Source: Octopus vulgaris (taxonomy: Eukaryota). Taken from it: a stretch of DNA of 64,000 nucleotides. The position numbers and the translations under genes are program-made. The notes under the pieces were generated by a model. It was not told where the DNA came from. It saw only the letters and a list, made by a program, of their open reading frames with translations, and ran no database searches. The stretch covers positions 76,508,001 to 76,572,000 of the forward strand of contig OX597821.1 in the NCBI GenBank assembly GCA_951406725.2, written 5' to 3'. Position 1 is the stretch's first letter, and the number at the start of each line of letters is the position of its first letter. Below are positions 62,686 to 64,000 of the stretch, in pieces.

Positions 62686-62970
62686 TATATATATGTGTGT
62701 GTTTGTGTGTGTGTGTGTGTGTGTATGTGTGTGTGTGTGTGTATATATATATTCTTTGTTTTTCTGTTTAGCTATACTTTAAACAATTTAATATTTTTCT
62801 AAAGTATAAACTTATTATTCTTAAACAAGAATATCATTGACAGTGACTTCGAAGTTTCAGACTTCCGCACTGTTTCCACCAGCCAAATTCACTCATAAAG
62901 CATTGGTTGATCCTGGAACTATAGTTGAAGTTCAGTTTATTTCTACAGATATTCTATAGAAATTATAACT

Positions 62971-63376
62971 CTTTACTCTTTTACTTGTTTCAGTCATTTG
63001 ACTGCAGCCATGCTGGAGCACCGCCTTTAGTCGAGCAAATCGACCCCGGGACTTATTCTTTGTAAGCCCAGTACTTATTCTATCGATCTCTTTTGCCGAA
63101 CCGCTAAGTTACGGGGACGTAAACACACCAACATCGGTTGTCAAGCAACGCTAGGGGGACAAACACAGACACACAAACATATACACACACACTTATATAT
63201 ATATACATATATACGACAGGCTTCTTTCAGTTTCCGTCTACCAAATCCACTCACAAGGCATTGGTCGGCCCGGGGCTATAGCAGAAGACACTTGCCCAAG
63301 ATGCCACGCAGTGGGACTGAACCCGGAACCATGTGGTTGGTTAGCAAGCTACTTACCACACAGCCACTCCTGCGCC
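62971..63376 (-). mobile_element. Full-length SINE family B with TSD TATAACT
   Basis: tataact at 62964-62970 and 63377-63383. Head ggcgcaggagtggctgtgtggtaag and B-box-like gggttcagtccc. Confidence 0.88.
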
Positions 63377-64000
63377 TATAACTATAATTTCTATGGAATA
63401 TTTGAAGAAATAACCTTAACAAAATAATGTAAAGTGCTCTGCTAACGCAGTAGAATGTGGTATTGATTTATAAAAACCTTTAACAAATAAAGCACGACGG
63501 GCCACGATCATGGCCGTCAGGCACAGGTCAACAGGCCACGATCGTGGCCTAGATAGATGCATTTAATTTATGGGTGTTTGTTGGGGTCTAATGTCGCTCA
63601 AACGCTCCGATACCCACCAGAATGCAAGAGGACTAATAGTTCAACTAATGACTTTTCAGATGATGTAAAACTTGCCACCATTATATACTAAGAAGATATT
63701 TTAACTAATTTTTGTTTTTTATGTGTGCATGTAGGCGTAGGAGTGGCTGTGTCGATCAGTCCCACTGTGTGGTACCTTGGGCAAGTGTCTTCTACTATAG
63801 CCTCAGGCCGACCAAAGCCTTGTGAGTGAATTAGGTAGACGGAAACTGAAAGAAGCCCATCGTATGTGTGTGTGCGCGTGTCTGTATTTGTCCCCTACCA
63901 TCACATGACATCCGATGCTGGTATGTATACGTCTCTGTAACTTAGCTGTTCGGCGTAAGAGACTGATAGAATAAGTACTAGGCTTGCAAAAAATGAGTCC

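Noticed and set aside
63496-63550. Two 16-18-bp palindromes ggccacgatc(a/g)tggcc
   Set aside because: Too short to assign; probably a subterminal remnant of a DNA transposon.

Overview
Repeat-rich, AT-rich eukaryotic DNA, most likely an octopus or other coleoid cephalopod (inferred from the SINE families, the dense microsatellites and the HTGEKPYHCDICGKSFS-type zinc-finger gene). I can support two host genes. One is a 420-aa tandem C2H2 zinc-finger gene with a single coding exon (22307-23569, +). The other is a cytosolic sulfotransferase with five coding exons (44599-34795, -, 293 aa), assembled by hand from splice sites; two of its exons are missing from the ORF track. The rest is decayed mobile DNA: RTE, CR1 and RLE-type LINEs, a Penelope GIY-YIG remnant, solo LTRs, maT/mariner/pogo/hAT transposons and MITEs, a Helitron, and several tRNA-derived SINE families. 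The most unusual signal is a set of minimal type-I hammerhead-ribozyme-like motifs from about five sequence families. Several sit back-to-back inside 130-310 bp palindromes, one has a compensatory U3-A8 core, and one forms the 3' tail of a tRNA-headed SINE. The window also has many long inverted repeats. All structures were read by eye and none has been tested for activity.
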